Below, piece by piece: positions 25,807 through 36,435 of a stretch of 64,000 nucleotides of DNA. The position numbers were made by a program, and so were the translations under genes. The number at the start of each line of letters is the position of its first letter. The stretch's first letter is position 1. The notes under the pieces are model-generated. The model saw only the letters and a list, made by a program, of their open reading frames with translations. It had not been told where the DNA came from and ran no database searches. Source of the DNA: Vicugna vicugna (lineage: Eukaryota); the NCBI GenBank assembly GCA_013265495.1, contig MU058153.1, forward strand, positions 684,001-748,000, written 5' to 3'.

Positions 25807-26119
25807 AATTCGGTATCAGCAGAAGACCAGTTCTATTTTATTTTATCCCTGAACTCAGCATTTTGGGCCTTTTCATCAATTCATTCGTGGTGACTTGATT
25901 CAGTTAGGTAGGAAATAGAGAAAGAATGGAACATTGGACACTGTCCATTCAGAGAAGAGTCAGGGTGCCCAAGAGGACATCAACAAATTCTGGAGGGGGC
26001 CCAGGATGATGGGGTACCAAGTGTGGAGCAGAAAGCCTCCTGGGAGGACACAGTATCCTATAGCTAATTTTTTTCCCCCACTTTGCTCTAAAAATTATAC
26101 TACAGTTGCTGGAGTTGAG

Positions 26120-26121
<2 letters not shown>

Positions 26122-26160
<39 letters not shown>

Positions 26161-26165
26161 CGCGT
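26122..26165. repeat. (GT)15(GC)6GT compound microsatellite (alternating purine-pyrimidine)
   Basis: Directly visible. Confidence 0.97.
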
Positions 26166-26727
26166 AGGTGGAGCAACCAAAAGCATCCTGGGTGCTTGAA
26201 GAAACTCAATTTAGAATCAAAACACCCCAAATGTACAAAAGCAAAGAAAACCAGCATGGCTAATTTTTGTAAAAACAATTCTGAATAATTAACATTTTTC
26301 AAGAAAATTTATCCATGCTAACATCTTAAAAAAAAAAAGCAATGTATAATCTCCTTCTGAGATGTTTATCAATTTGTAAAATGGAAAAGTTGTCAGTTAG
26401 CATACCAGAGAAAGAACTTCAGGTCTTTGAATTTGTAAATTGGAAGATATTTGTAGGGGGTGAGGAATATTCACAGATTCTCAGCAAGAGACAATTCATT
26501 CTAAATCAGAAAACAAAACAAAACAAAAAACAGCTTGGATATCATCTTCAAAAGTATAGTTTATCATTTTATTCTAAAGAACCTCTTCTAATAATTGACT
26601 TTTCCCGGGAAATAAATACATTTTCCTCCCACAGAAGTGAACTTAGCGTTCTCAGAAATGAAGGTTTTGAAAACCTTGTAAATGGGTATTTTTTTTTTCA
26701 GGATCTAAAGAGTTAAGCCTGGAGCCG

Positions 26728-26741
26728 CCACTAGGTGTCAG
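26728..26741 (+). promoter_or_regulatory. CTCF-like core motif
   Basis: CCACTAGGTGTCAG versus consensus CCASYAGRKGGCRS (1 mismatch), preceded by GCCG, in non-repeat sequence. Confidence 0.5.
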
Positions 26742-27879
26742 GTTGGGATCGCTTTTGGAAACACAAGCTCCCTCACTGGTTCCAAACAAGAAGAGGCTCC
26801 TTCTAGGTTAATTTCAGCTACTGTTCAGTTTCTTTAAATAGAGATTCTTACTCTGCACATGTCAAATCTTCAGAATCCTTTGCTTTGTCTTACAGGTATT
26901 TACAGCCATTTAAACTTTTCACCCCACCACGCAGGCCTAGCAGGGAGCAGATTTTGAACTAGGGAAGGTTTGACTTCATGGGTCCATGTTGCAGAGAGAG
27001 AAGGCTCTCTTAGCCTTGAAACCACCAAATCTCCTTTAGTTCCCCCATCCTAGGATACCTGAAATTAACATTCAAGCTGACAAATAATCTTGCTCTTACT
27101 ATAAAAACTGCAGCAGGGAGGCAATTGATTGCTACCCCTAGATAAGTTCCATACATGGAAATTCTGGGGCTCCTGCTGGCTTTCTTCATCACACCTCCTC
27201 ATCTCCCTCTCTCTGTGCATCTCTTTCCCAGCTCAGGTCTTCAGCATTCTTCTCCTTGGGTCATTCAGTTAACTTAGAAAAAATTTCACCAATAAAATGG
27301 TCCAAACTGGATTGTTAATCTTTCAACAGTTTGCCAATTCCAGGAACACTGTGTTTCAAAAGAAGATAGTTTAGGAAGGCTATGTTTTGACCACGTAGGA
27401 TGGCAATTTAGCACAAGTAAACTAGGTGATGACGGAGGAGGAAGGATTGTTTGAAGCCCAGGGGGTGGTTTCCACATTACTCTGATTTGGAAATATTTCA
27501 CATGGCTCCCTATCCTGCTCTGTCACTAGGCATGCACAGGTATTTAGTCACAGTTGTTAATACAACCTGAAGCCTTTTTTTTTTTTTTTTGGAATTGGAT
27601 AGGTTAATGCTACCTGAAACAAAAAAGTAAAATAACAAAAGGAAATTATGCCAAAGAAACCCCCTGTTTCTGGAGGAGAACAAGTCTCTGTCTGAACTTA
27701 TAAAAGAAAAGCCATAAGAAACATGCAGAACCAGATAAAACCCTAGAGGAGTCACATTGCAGCAAAGCAGGCACACATTGCCAGGATCTGAACACCGGTA
27801 GAGAGCCTCATTCTACTGTGAAGGGACTGTATTTTCCCTTCCTGGAAAATTTCCGATTTTTAATACATTTCTGAGCAAT

Positions 27880-28440
27880 CCATTCATACATTCCTTCCTT
27901 CAAAATTTATTTAGAATACCTTCCAATAGTCATCATTATTCTAGGAACTCAAGACATGACACTAAACAAGATGGGGATTGACAGTGTCCCACCTCTGTGA
28001 AGCTTACATTCCAATCGGCGAAGCAGGCATCAAAGAACTGAGAAAAATACATAACTTACTTCAGGAATGAGAAGTCTATGAGGAGAGTCAAGCAGGATTA
28101 AGAGCTGGAGATTCACAAGACAACAGGGCTTTTCATATAAGCTTTTATAGAAGTAAATGGGATGGAAACAAGCCAGAAGGTTTAGGCTCGTTGGCTGTAT
28201 AATCATGAGCAAGTCCCAGAAGCTTGGTTTACTCATCTTTAAAATGGGAATGGTGCTGAGGGATTTCTGTGAACTCTGGAAAGACCTCCGAGCAGGAGTT
28301 TCAATTTTAAGGAGCCAGACATGAGGTCTATGAAAACACTTTGCAGAGAGAAAGTCCAGCATGTGGAACTGTCTCAGCCAGGAATCATGGGAAAGCCAGC
28401 ATGGCTGGAGTTTCATAAGCGAAGGGTGGAGACGAGGGGA
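27880..28440 (-). mobile_element. L2 3' remnant interrupted by a + strand MIR fragment (about 28170-28272)
   Basis: L2: cattcatacattccttccttcaaaatttattt...gaagcttacattcca and ggaaagccagcatggctggag. MIR: catgagcaagtc...tttactcatctttaaaatgggaat. Confidence 0.7.
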
Positions 28441-28699
28441 GGTGAGTTCACTGAGAGATTATAAAAAATTGTAGAAAATGCTCCCAGTGAACATTTCTAG
28501 CACAGATCACAGCCCATGTGACTGTTCAACAAACCTATCCAAACAGTCCCCATTGTACCTGGAGTCAAATTCAAATCCCTTACCAACTCCTTGCCACAGA
28601 GCCCTATGGATCTTTGCCTCCTAAGGTCAAGTCGTACAAATGGAGGTGCCCAGAATGTTCCGTTGAGTGAGCGTGTCAGTCTGTCCAGAAGAGGAATCA

Positions 28700-29130
28700 C
28701 ATGATGGCAAACTCTGCGAGCTGCCGTTCAGCCTTTCCCAGCGCCTCCATTCCTGTTGGCAGAGCCAGCGTCCCACTATGGGGTTGCAGCCCCCGGGGTC
28801 CCCAACTGCGGCACCTTGGCGGGTCACCCAGTTCTGGCCAATAAGACAGGAGAGAATATATGAGAGCATTTTTCTTTCCTGCTAAAGAGACACGCGAGGC
28901 CTGCCAACCCCTTCCTGCTTTTGAGCACTGGAATGTGTGGTTGAGGCTCTGGGAGCTGCTGCAGCCGTTTTCCATCAAGGGGAAAACCATCCAAAGCTGA
29001 GGATAGTGGGAAGATGGAAAAACCCCTAGGTTTTTGGAGATATGATGTAACCATTGAATAAACTAGGGAATAATCATCTCTTGATTTACTGTTTTAGAAA
29101 TTACTAAGTGCCTTACTATTCAAATCTTTT
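28700..29130 (+). mobile_element. Ancient ERVL-class solo LTR (LTR33/LTR16-like)
   Basis: acccagttctggccaataagac...tgggagctgctgcagccgtt...aagctgaggatagtgggaagatggaaaaacccctagg are hallmark segments. Confidence 0.65.
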
Positions 29131-29559
29131 TTCTTTTTAAATTCTCATAGTTTTACAGAATGTATGGTAGCTGATAAAGTTGTCCTTTTTATTGCTATGT
29201 AGTCGGTGCCGTGCAAGGACATCAAACCACACTTAGTAAACATTTGTTTGTTGAGCGAATTTATCAAGATGTAATTCTTCAATAAACAAAGGCATTCATA
29301 TCTTACACTTTTAGAGAAATTTTAACCCAAGAAGGGAATAACTAGAACAGTAGTCAGGACACCTGAGCTCTAGATTTTACTCAGTACTGAGCTAATTAAG
29401 AGTGGAGGGCACATGGGGGGTCCCAGGAGACTGGCTTCTACTCTTTGATATGCGTGTGAAGTTTGAACTACATGTTTGTCTCCCTATTATATCTCTGGGA
29501 CTTTTACTGCATCAAGTCACCCTCCTCACCAATATCTCAGCAGCTGGAGCATCTGGAAT

Positions 29560-29579
29560 AAAAAAAAAAAAAAAAAAAA
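29560..29579. repeat. A20 homopolymer
   Basis: Directly visible, preceded by ggaat. Confidence 0.95.
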
Positions 29580-30399
29580 CTCTGAAAACAGACTCTTTCC
29601 CATAGGCCAAAGTTGGCCGTATTTTTTACTTCCCGTGACTCCCCTCCACATCTTGTTTAAAATGCTCTTTTCAGAAAGGCTCACCTTGCCCGGAAGAGGT
29701 TCACGTCCCTTCTCTGTTTGGATTCCAGTTTGTAATTAGATTCTGAAATGCTTGTATGACTTTCTCTTTGAAGCAAATGCTTCACTTTACATTCAAAATG
29801 TGTTTATTGACATTTTCTAAATCCTGAAAATGTTGATGTTGATAACAGATATTTAAATAGTTTCTTATTTTTTACTTCCTGAAAAATTAAAAAGATTACT
29901 ATCAATTATACCTGGGTAACTGTTATATAAAAATATTTTTAACCTGAATAACTGTCATAATTATTCATAGTAATATAGATTTCCATCATAATACTATTTT
30001 TTAAATGGAGGACGTTAATAAAGAATCTTAGAATGAAGTATAGTACATGAGTATATTTCATGTTAGGAATCGGATAGCAGCTGAGGCATATACAATGGAA
30101 GAATAATATAAATTTCATTATTCAAACATCTATGGAACCATCCATTGCCAAAATTGTTTACTAGTCTTTTGTTACTTTTGTCATGGATTCTCATAAATGA
30201 CTTATAACATACTTAAAAATAATGAGCATTTTAAATACCACCCAACTTTTTTTCGCAGAAAGTTTCTACCCCTATCTTTCTCAGGTAGGAAATAAAAAAG
30301 AGAATGATCTTGAGCTCAAGATGCTTGGTGATGATGACAGCAACAGAGGTAATGGCAGTGATGGTGGAGGTTGTGGTGAATTTTATTATTATTGATACC

Positions 30400-30530
30400 A
30401 GTTCTCATTTATTGAGCACTTACTATATGCCAACATTGTAGTGAGCTGTTTACTGGTCATACATCACTGTTATTCCATGAATTAGGTAATATTATTCTCA
30501 TCTTATCCAAAACTGACACCTGGAATGACT
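30400..30530 (-). mobile_element. MIR SINE remnant, preceded by a GAT/GGT low-complexity tract (about 30326-30380)
   Basis: catttattgagcacttactatatgccaa...ccatgaattaggtaatattattctcatctta. Confidence 0.8.
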
Positions 30531-31534
30531 AATGGAACTCCTTATTTTAAATTGTTTGATGGGAATAAATACTGAGAGAAGTCACTTCAGTGAGGGCTGG
30601 AAACCAGTGAACAGTGAAATGGCTGAGAAGAATTCATCATCTAATATGGCAAATGATAACAGAAAGAAGTATCTATTGTCAAGGAAAGGAAATTCTATCT
30701 CTTTCTGGAGAAAAAAAACCAGTTTCTGTATTTTGCTAGTAAGGAGTTCAGGAGGAGCCCTACAAATTTCCCTCGAAATACTAAATTCTCTAGGGAACAG
30801 AACACAATGATGTGTAGGACAAGCAAACAGCTTTTCCTTTCTTGTTATTTTCTGGAAGGTATTTTTTAGCATGGTACCAGTTGGGTTGCAGAGTCCAAAA
30901 AAAACCTGATAAGCCTGTCTTCCCAAATGTCAGGATAAGTGTCAGGATCCACCACCTCAGGCATCTCTTAGCAATAGAAAGATCTGAACCTGGGCTGTAT
31001 CAGCGAAAGAGCTTATTTTCTATAATAGTGTTGTCTTATATTGTATCCGTGTAGGGTGCTGGTGTGCATTGAGATCTGCAGGTGAATCCACTGACAAACA
31101 ACAGCAACAAATCCTTACTTTATTGCAGTACACCACTTAGAGTTAAATGCGACTAACTTGACCCCAGAGAAATGGTCCTTCCATTACAGAAATTCCTCGA
31201 TTCAGATCAAGGCTCACTGTCTTATTCTTAAGGTTTAGGCCAGGGAAACAACAGAAGGAATTTCAAGCTGAAGAATGAAGAATCAGCTTTAAGACTTTAA
31301 TGTGCATCTTCCTTTCGGTCCTCTGTGCTTACCACAAGATAATTAAGGTGTCTCACCAGACAGTTAATTTTCTACCTGCAGAAAATTGGGGACAGGAGTT
31401 ATTAAAAATTGTTATCACTGAATGATTAATTAGATCCTGGCGTTAAATGAACGATCAGTCCCTGGTGAAGTTGAGTTGAAATCTCAAAGAAAACTTGAGA
31501 CCTGTTGGAGAATAACATGAGCAGACATGTGTTA

Positions 31535-31690
31535 TCCCATCCGTCCAACCACCCAACCACCCATCTATCTATCCATCTGTTCATTCTTGCATTCATTTAT
31601 TCATCATTCATTATTCAACTCCCAAAACGGAGACCTTCTGATAAGTGTTAGGTAATTATTAGTGAACAAATACTGATCTCCCCTCTATTT
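31535..31690 (-). repeat. Degenerate (CCAT/CCAA/CATT)n tract grading into an L2 3' tail
   Basis: cccatccgtccaaccacccaaccacccatctatctatccatctgttcattc...cattcattattcaac...agtgaacaaatactgatc. Confidence 0.6.
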
Positions 31691-32384
31691 AATGATGTGG
31701 TTTTAATCTTTCATCCTCCCAGTCTGTATGCCCTATGAATTTTGATGGACTCAACTAAGAAAATTGCAAATTGTTGTTGTGGTTCATAATATAGATTCTC
31801 ATCATCACACTACTGTTATGTTGATGAGTCTCTTTGGATGAGGCGTTTAACTTTCCTCTTCCTCATCTGAAAAATGAAAGAGCCAGCCTAGTTGATTTCC
31901 GACCAGTGTTCTTGTTTATAAATGCTGCTGTTGCTGTCCTTTCCTCCAAAGTTAGCTGTGAGCCCAAGGAGTGTTTCTCTCTTTGAACAAAATGCTCCAT
32001 ATCATCAAGAAACACTTCACTTGAGGGAGAGGCGTCTTTAAACTTCATATGGACCTTAGGTGGAGGTGCTGGTACACGGAGAGTAGTAGGTTTTGAAAAT
32101 ACTCACATTGGCATTTACAAATGTCATAGAGATAATATCACTTGAATATAGAGTACATGCAACACGTGTTACTCTAAAAGCCCAGGAAAAAAGAAGCTGA
32201 TTTAAATGAGCAAACCGGGGCACTTGGAGAGCTCGGGTAAGAAAACTGAGCAAATCTGTGATAGAAAAGTAAATATACATACAGATACACAATTCCCTAA
32301 TATCCATGAAAGGAACTTATTATTCCTAGGCCCATTTTATGGATAAATAATAAAGAGGCTGGTAGCCTGAGGTTGAGAAGAGAG

Positions 32385-32645
32385 ACCCCTCCACCTTCAT
32401 CTTCATGTCCTCAGACTCATCTAAATTCTAAGACCCAGCTGAAATTCTTACTCTCACAAAAAAGTACCTTGGGAGTCACTCCCCGTAAAGGAAGTACTTG
32501 TGTCTCACATTTATCTCTGGTATTTTTAGTTTATGTCAGTGTTATTTTGCTCCTTCAATGAAGTATTTTTCCAGTTAATAAAGTGTCTGCATTCATCTTG
32601 TTTCTACCACTCAAGATAGTACTTCACACATAGTAGCTAGGAAAA
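32385..32645 (+). mobile_element. L2 3' remnant
   Basis: actcatctaaattctaagacccagctgaaat...tgtctgcattcatcttg...cacacatagtagct. Confidence 0.5.
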
Positions 32646-32969
32646 AAAATGACTAGTAGTTCTAGTTAGTTTGTTGTCAGAATTGCAGCCCCCACCAGAG
32701 ATTACTTAGGATGATGAAATTATTTATTGGCAGTTTTCCCATGTATATCATTGTGATTCCATGGATCCTTTACTCAAAGAATTTTTTGATGATGTCCATT
32801 AAGAAAAGTCCATAAAAAAGTGTCCATTAAAGAAGTGTGAATTTAGTGGATTTAATGGAAAACCGTAGATTTATTTTCTAAAATTTGCCTTCCTTTCTAT
32901 GCGTCTTCTGTTATTTTTTCACATTTTTTTATACTTAGGTGAGAAGATTCATGTATACAATCACAGTAT

Positions 32970-33400
32970 ATAGAGCTGGAAGAAGGTGACTAGCCGCTCA
33001 CCAAAGATTTGCATTTCCTTCCCATAGTACAGATTCTCGGTGGAAAAGGCTGCTCATACTAGAACCGTTGACTATTGTTGGCCGTGTGACTCTTTCCAAT
33101 CAACAGAATTTGAGCAGAGTTGATGGGTATCACAGTTTGTTTGAAATGGTCAAGAAATGTGAGGGCTTCCACCCTCTCTTTCTTTGTCTGCTGGCTTGAA
33201 GCAAAAGACTCTGAGGCCCTGGGAGATGGCAGAAATTACAAAATGAGAGTGGCTTAATGACTGATCCATGTTCCAAGTTTTATCCACCAACTGCTTTAAT
33301 AAACTGTTAGGTGAACAAGAAGTAAACTTCTTATTTTGTTCAGCTGCTGTGATTCTAGGGAATCTTCTCTTATAGAAGTTAGCATTATCTTACCTCATTT
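32970..33400 (+). mobile_element. ERVL-MaLR solo LTR, older MLT1 (I/J-like)
   Basis: ggccgtgtgact...cagaatttgagcagagttgatgggtatcac...actctgaggccctgggagatggcaga...gtgaacaagaagtaaacttcttattttgttcagctgctgtgatt. Confidence 0.75.
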
Positions 33401-33587
33401 AAGGACTTTGATGAAAACGTTAGGAATCTGAACCTCGGCCATGTTAGAAATTTTAAATACATTATAAGGTGCTGGCAAAACTGGGAATAGAACTCAGAAA
33501 GACTGAAATTACCCATTGTGAGGGCCTCAAGCATAGAAAGCAACAGATTAGGAGAAATTGAAAAGAAATAAAAGAATGAAAGAAGGG

Positions 33588-33930
33588 GAGGGGGTGGGCC
33601 AAGACGGCAGAGTAGAAGGACGCCTAGCTCACCCTCTCCCACGAATACAGCTAAAACCACAGCTACATACAGAAAAAATCACACAGGATACCTACTGAAC
33701 TTCTGCAGAATATCTCTTACATTGGAAATACAAGGAAATCCTCACAAAACTGATAAACAAGTTTCTAGTGTATAGCACAGGCAACTATACTCAATATCTT
33801 GTAGTAACCTATAATGAAAAGAATATGAAAAGAATATATTTTTGTGTATGTATGACTGAAACATTGTGCTGTACACCAGAAATTGACACAATGTTGTAAA
33901 GTGACTACACTTCAATTAAAAAATAAAAAT
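33588..33930 (+). mobile_element. Bipartite mini-L1: L1 5'UTR start (33588-33752) fused to the L1 3'UTR end and A-rich tail (33753-33930), bounded by a TSD
   Basis: The 5' part is a G-rich start plus ccaagacggcagagtagaaggacgcctagctcaccctctcccac...acctactgaac, matching the L1 5' end with a decayed YY1 site. The 3' part aligns to the L1 copy at 41825-41994. 17-bp TSD AAAGAA[T/G]GAAAGAAGGG at 33571-33587 and 33931-33947. Confidence 0.85.
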
Positions 33931-35119
33931 AAAGAAGGAAAGAAGGGTCAAAGAACTGTATCACTAATGATTTATTATCTAGAAGGAGTCCTTGATCAAA
34001 AAGTAGATGGGATATTCTTCCCCTCTCTTCTTTCCAGAGGGAGTAACTCCTCTGTTCTTTAAGTCAGATTTGATGCAGAGGACCAGCTTGGTAAATACCA
34101 CATGTGGTCCATTGCCTCCTCTAATTCTGTGTGTACTCTTAACTTAAAGGAAGACATAAGAAAGGAAGCTTAAAGAGATTTATTGATTAAACAAACAAAC
34201 AAACTTGCTCTTTTCACACTTGTATACGACCTGCTTACTTCATTGTCCATCTAAGGTTCCCGTCCGTTCCATGTAACATAATCTCTCTTTCTGATATTAT
34301 CCAGTTATTCTGCATCTGACCTCATGGAATTATAAAATCTGTAAGCATGCATTTCTAAGTCTATGCATATCTCTAGCACCTTGCTCTTTGGTAAATTGTA
34401 TATGCTCTATTTTGGGTGGAAATATTTTTACCCAGAGAAGTTTCCCGAAGTCAAAGCCAGAAAGACAACTGCTTATCTTCTGGCTGTACCTTTTCCCAAT
34501 TTATTGCTCATTCTCAGAAACATGCCCTGCTTGACAGCCATAGAGAGAATTGACATTTTGTGCAGTGTTAATAGTTCTGATTTTTTTGAATGGTTTCATC
34601 TATGTGGACTAATTATGGTACCTTTTTCAATGGCTAGATTGTGATTACTTACTGGCTTATGTTTTGTCAAGCCAGCATTTGTGGAAAGAGCAGGCCATGA
34701 TCTGACAAGGCTAATTTAAATAGTGTTTACATTTGTGAGCAGTTTGCAAAGGGCATGTTCACACAATGTGATTTGTTTTGTTAACCTACAAAGAAAAAAT
34801 TGACAGAGGGTAATACCTTGGGAAATGAACTTGGGACAGGAGGGTTGGAGGGGCCTGTAAGGGAGGGAACAAAAAAAACAGCAGACAAGCCAAAAAGAAA
34901 TTATATCTGAAATACATCTTTGCCTACTTTATAACAGTACAATGGGGAAAATATATGCCAAGTGAAGCATCAGTTATTTTTTTGAATCTCAACGGAGTTT
35001 ACTCCGTTACTGAGTTTTGCAAAATTAGAAACCCTGACGTCAAAGGCATGGTTAGCCCCTTGTCCTCCACGGGTATAAGGCTCAGTATGTTTGATAAACC
35101 TGCCAAAGGGAATGTTCCA

Positions 35120-35672
35120 TATCTGAATTACTTACATCTTATTATACGACAACATTACTACACATGTAGTAACTTGAAACAACACACATTCATTATGTAT
35201 AGCTTTTTATGAGTTAGGGGTCCTGGCTGGTTTAACTGGATCCTCCGCTTCAGGATCTTACCTTACAAGGCTGCAGTCAAGGTCTTAGCTGGGGCTGAGG
35301 TTTCATATGAGGCTAGACTGGGGAAGGGTCCACTTCCAAACTCACATGGTTGATGGCAGCATTCTGTTCCTGGTGGTCTGTGGGACAGAGGGCCTCAGTT
35401 TCTTGCTGGTTGTGGATCTAAAGGTAGCCCTCAATTTCCTGTCACATGAACCTCCCCAACATGGTCACTTGCTTCCTTAAAGCCAGCAAGGGAGGGGGTC
35501 TCCTAGCAAGAGGGCCATTATAATCTCATTTAATGTGGTTACGTACATCCTATCACCTTTGCTGTATTCTCTGGGTTAGAAACAAGTCACAGGTTTTATC
35601 CACATTCGAGGAGATTACACAGGACATTTAAAACAGTAGGCATGGAGAATAGGATGTATTTCTATATCATCA
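35120..35672 (-). mobile_element. ERVL-MaLR solo LTR, MLT1E/F-like
   Basis: aacttgaaacaacacacattcattat...caaggctgcagtcaaggtcttagctggggctg...gactggggaagggtccacttccaaactcac...catcctatcacctttgctgtattctctgggttagaaacaagtcacagg. Confidence 0.9.
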
Positions 35673-35889
35673 TAATCATATAATTTCAGCATCTGACCTC
35701 CCTTGATATAAGTATGCCCAAACAAGTCCAACGAGGTAAATTGACTAGCCAAATGCCATCTAGTGAGCTACCATTAACAACAGTCCTAGAATCCAGGATT
35801 CCTCAAGCTATCCAAAACCCTTTTTTTTTTCTCTCTTCTTATTTATTTGGCAATAACCACTTTACAAATTATTTTTGAAAAAAGAGGTG

Positions 35890-36220
35890 CTCATTCATTC
35901 ACTCAAGTAATATATTTTGAATGTCTGCTGTGTGTAAGCACTATTCCAGTCCTGTTGATAAACTAATAAAATTTTTTTAAAAAATTAAAAAAGGACAAGT
36001 CCCTGTTCTTCTGGAGCTGACATGAAAGAGTGAGAAGACAATAATGAATGAATAACACAGCTTAATGTGTAGCAAGTCAGTGACTCTGGAGGTAAATACA
36101 CCGAGGTGAAGGCTACAGTCATGGAGTAGAGCTATTTTAGGTGGATGTCTGTGGAAGGCTTCTGATACGTTCTGCTGTAGTAGAGAAATGAGTGAGTTGA
36201 ATGAAGTCCCATATGGCTCT
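35890..36220 (-). mobile_element. L2 3' remnant
   Basis: ctcattcattcactcaagtaatatattttgaatgtctgctgtgtgtaagcactattcc...agtccctgttcttctggagctgaca. Confidence 0.8.
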
Positions 36221-36334
36221 CTGTGATCCATAAGGGAATAAAAACTAAAAAGGATCTGATCTCCCATACAAGAAGCCAACTTTACCCATCTTCTTAGATA
36301 GACTTGGATATACCACTGGAGGTTAATGTCTGTC

Positions 36335-36435
36335 TTTGACATAGAAGTTAGAGGTCATTTCCAAAGTCAGACAGCAAGGAGATGCCATAGGTTTGAACTT
36401 GTCTGTTTGATTCCAGAATTAGAGTCCGTGCCCCA
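36335..36435 (-). mobile_element. MIR-family remnant
   Basis: atagaagttagaggtcatttccaaagtcagacagc...aggtttgaacttgtctgtttgattccaga. Confidence 0.5.

Noticed and set aside
25693..26302. ORFs with HTHTHT or VCVCVC runs
   Set aside because: These are translations of the dinucleotide microsatellites.
33385..33660. Antisense ORF leaving the mini-L1 5' end (ORF0-like idea)
   Set aside because: It has a non-ATG start, runs through the TSD into unrelated flank, and nothing supports translation.
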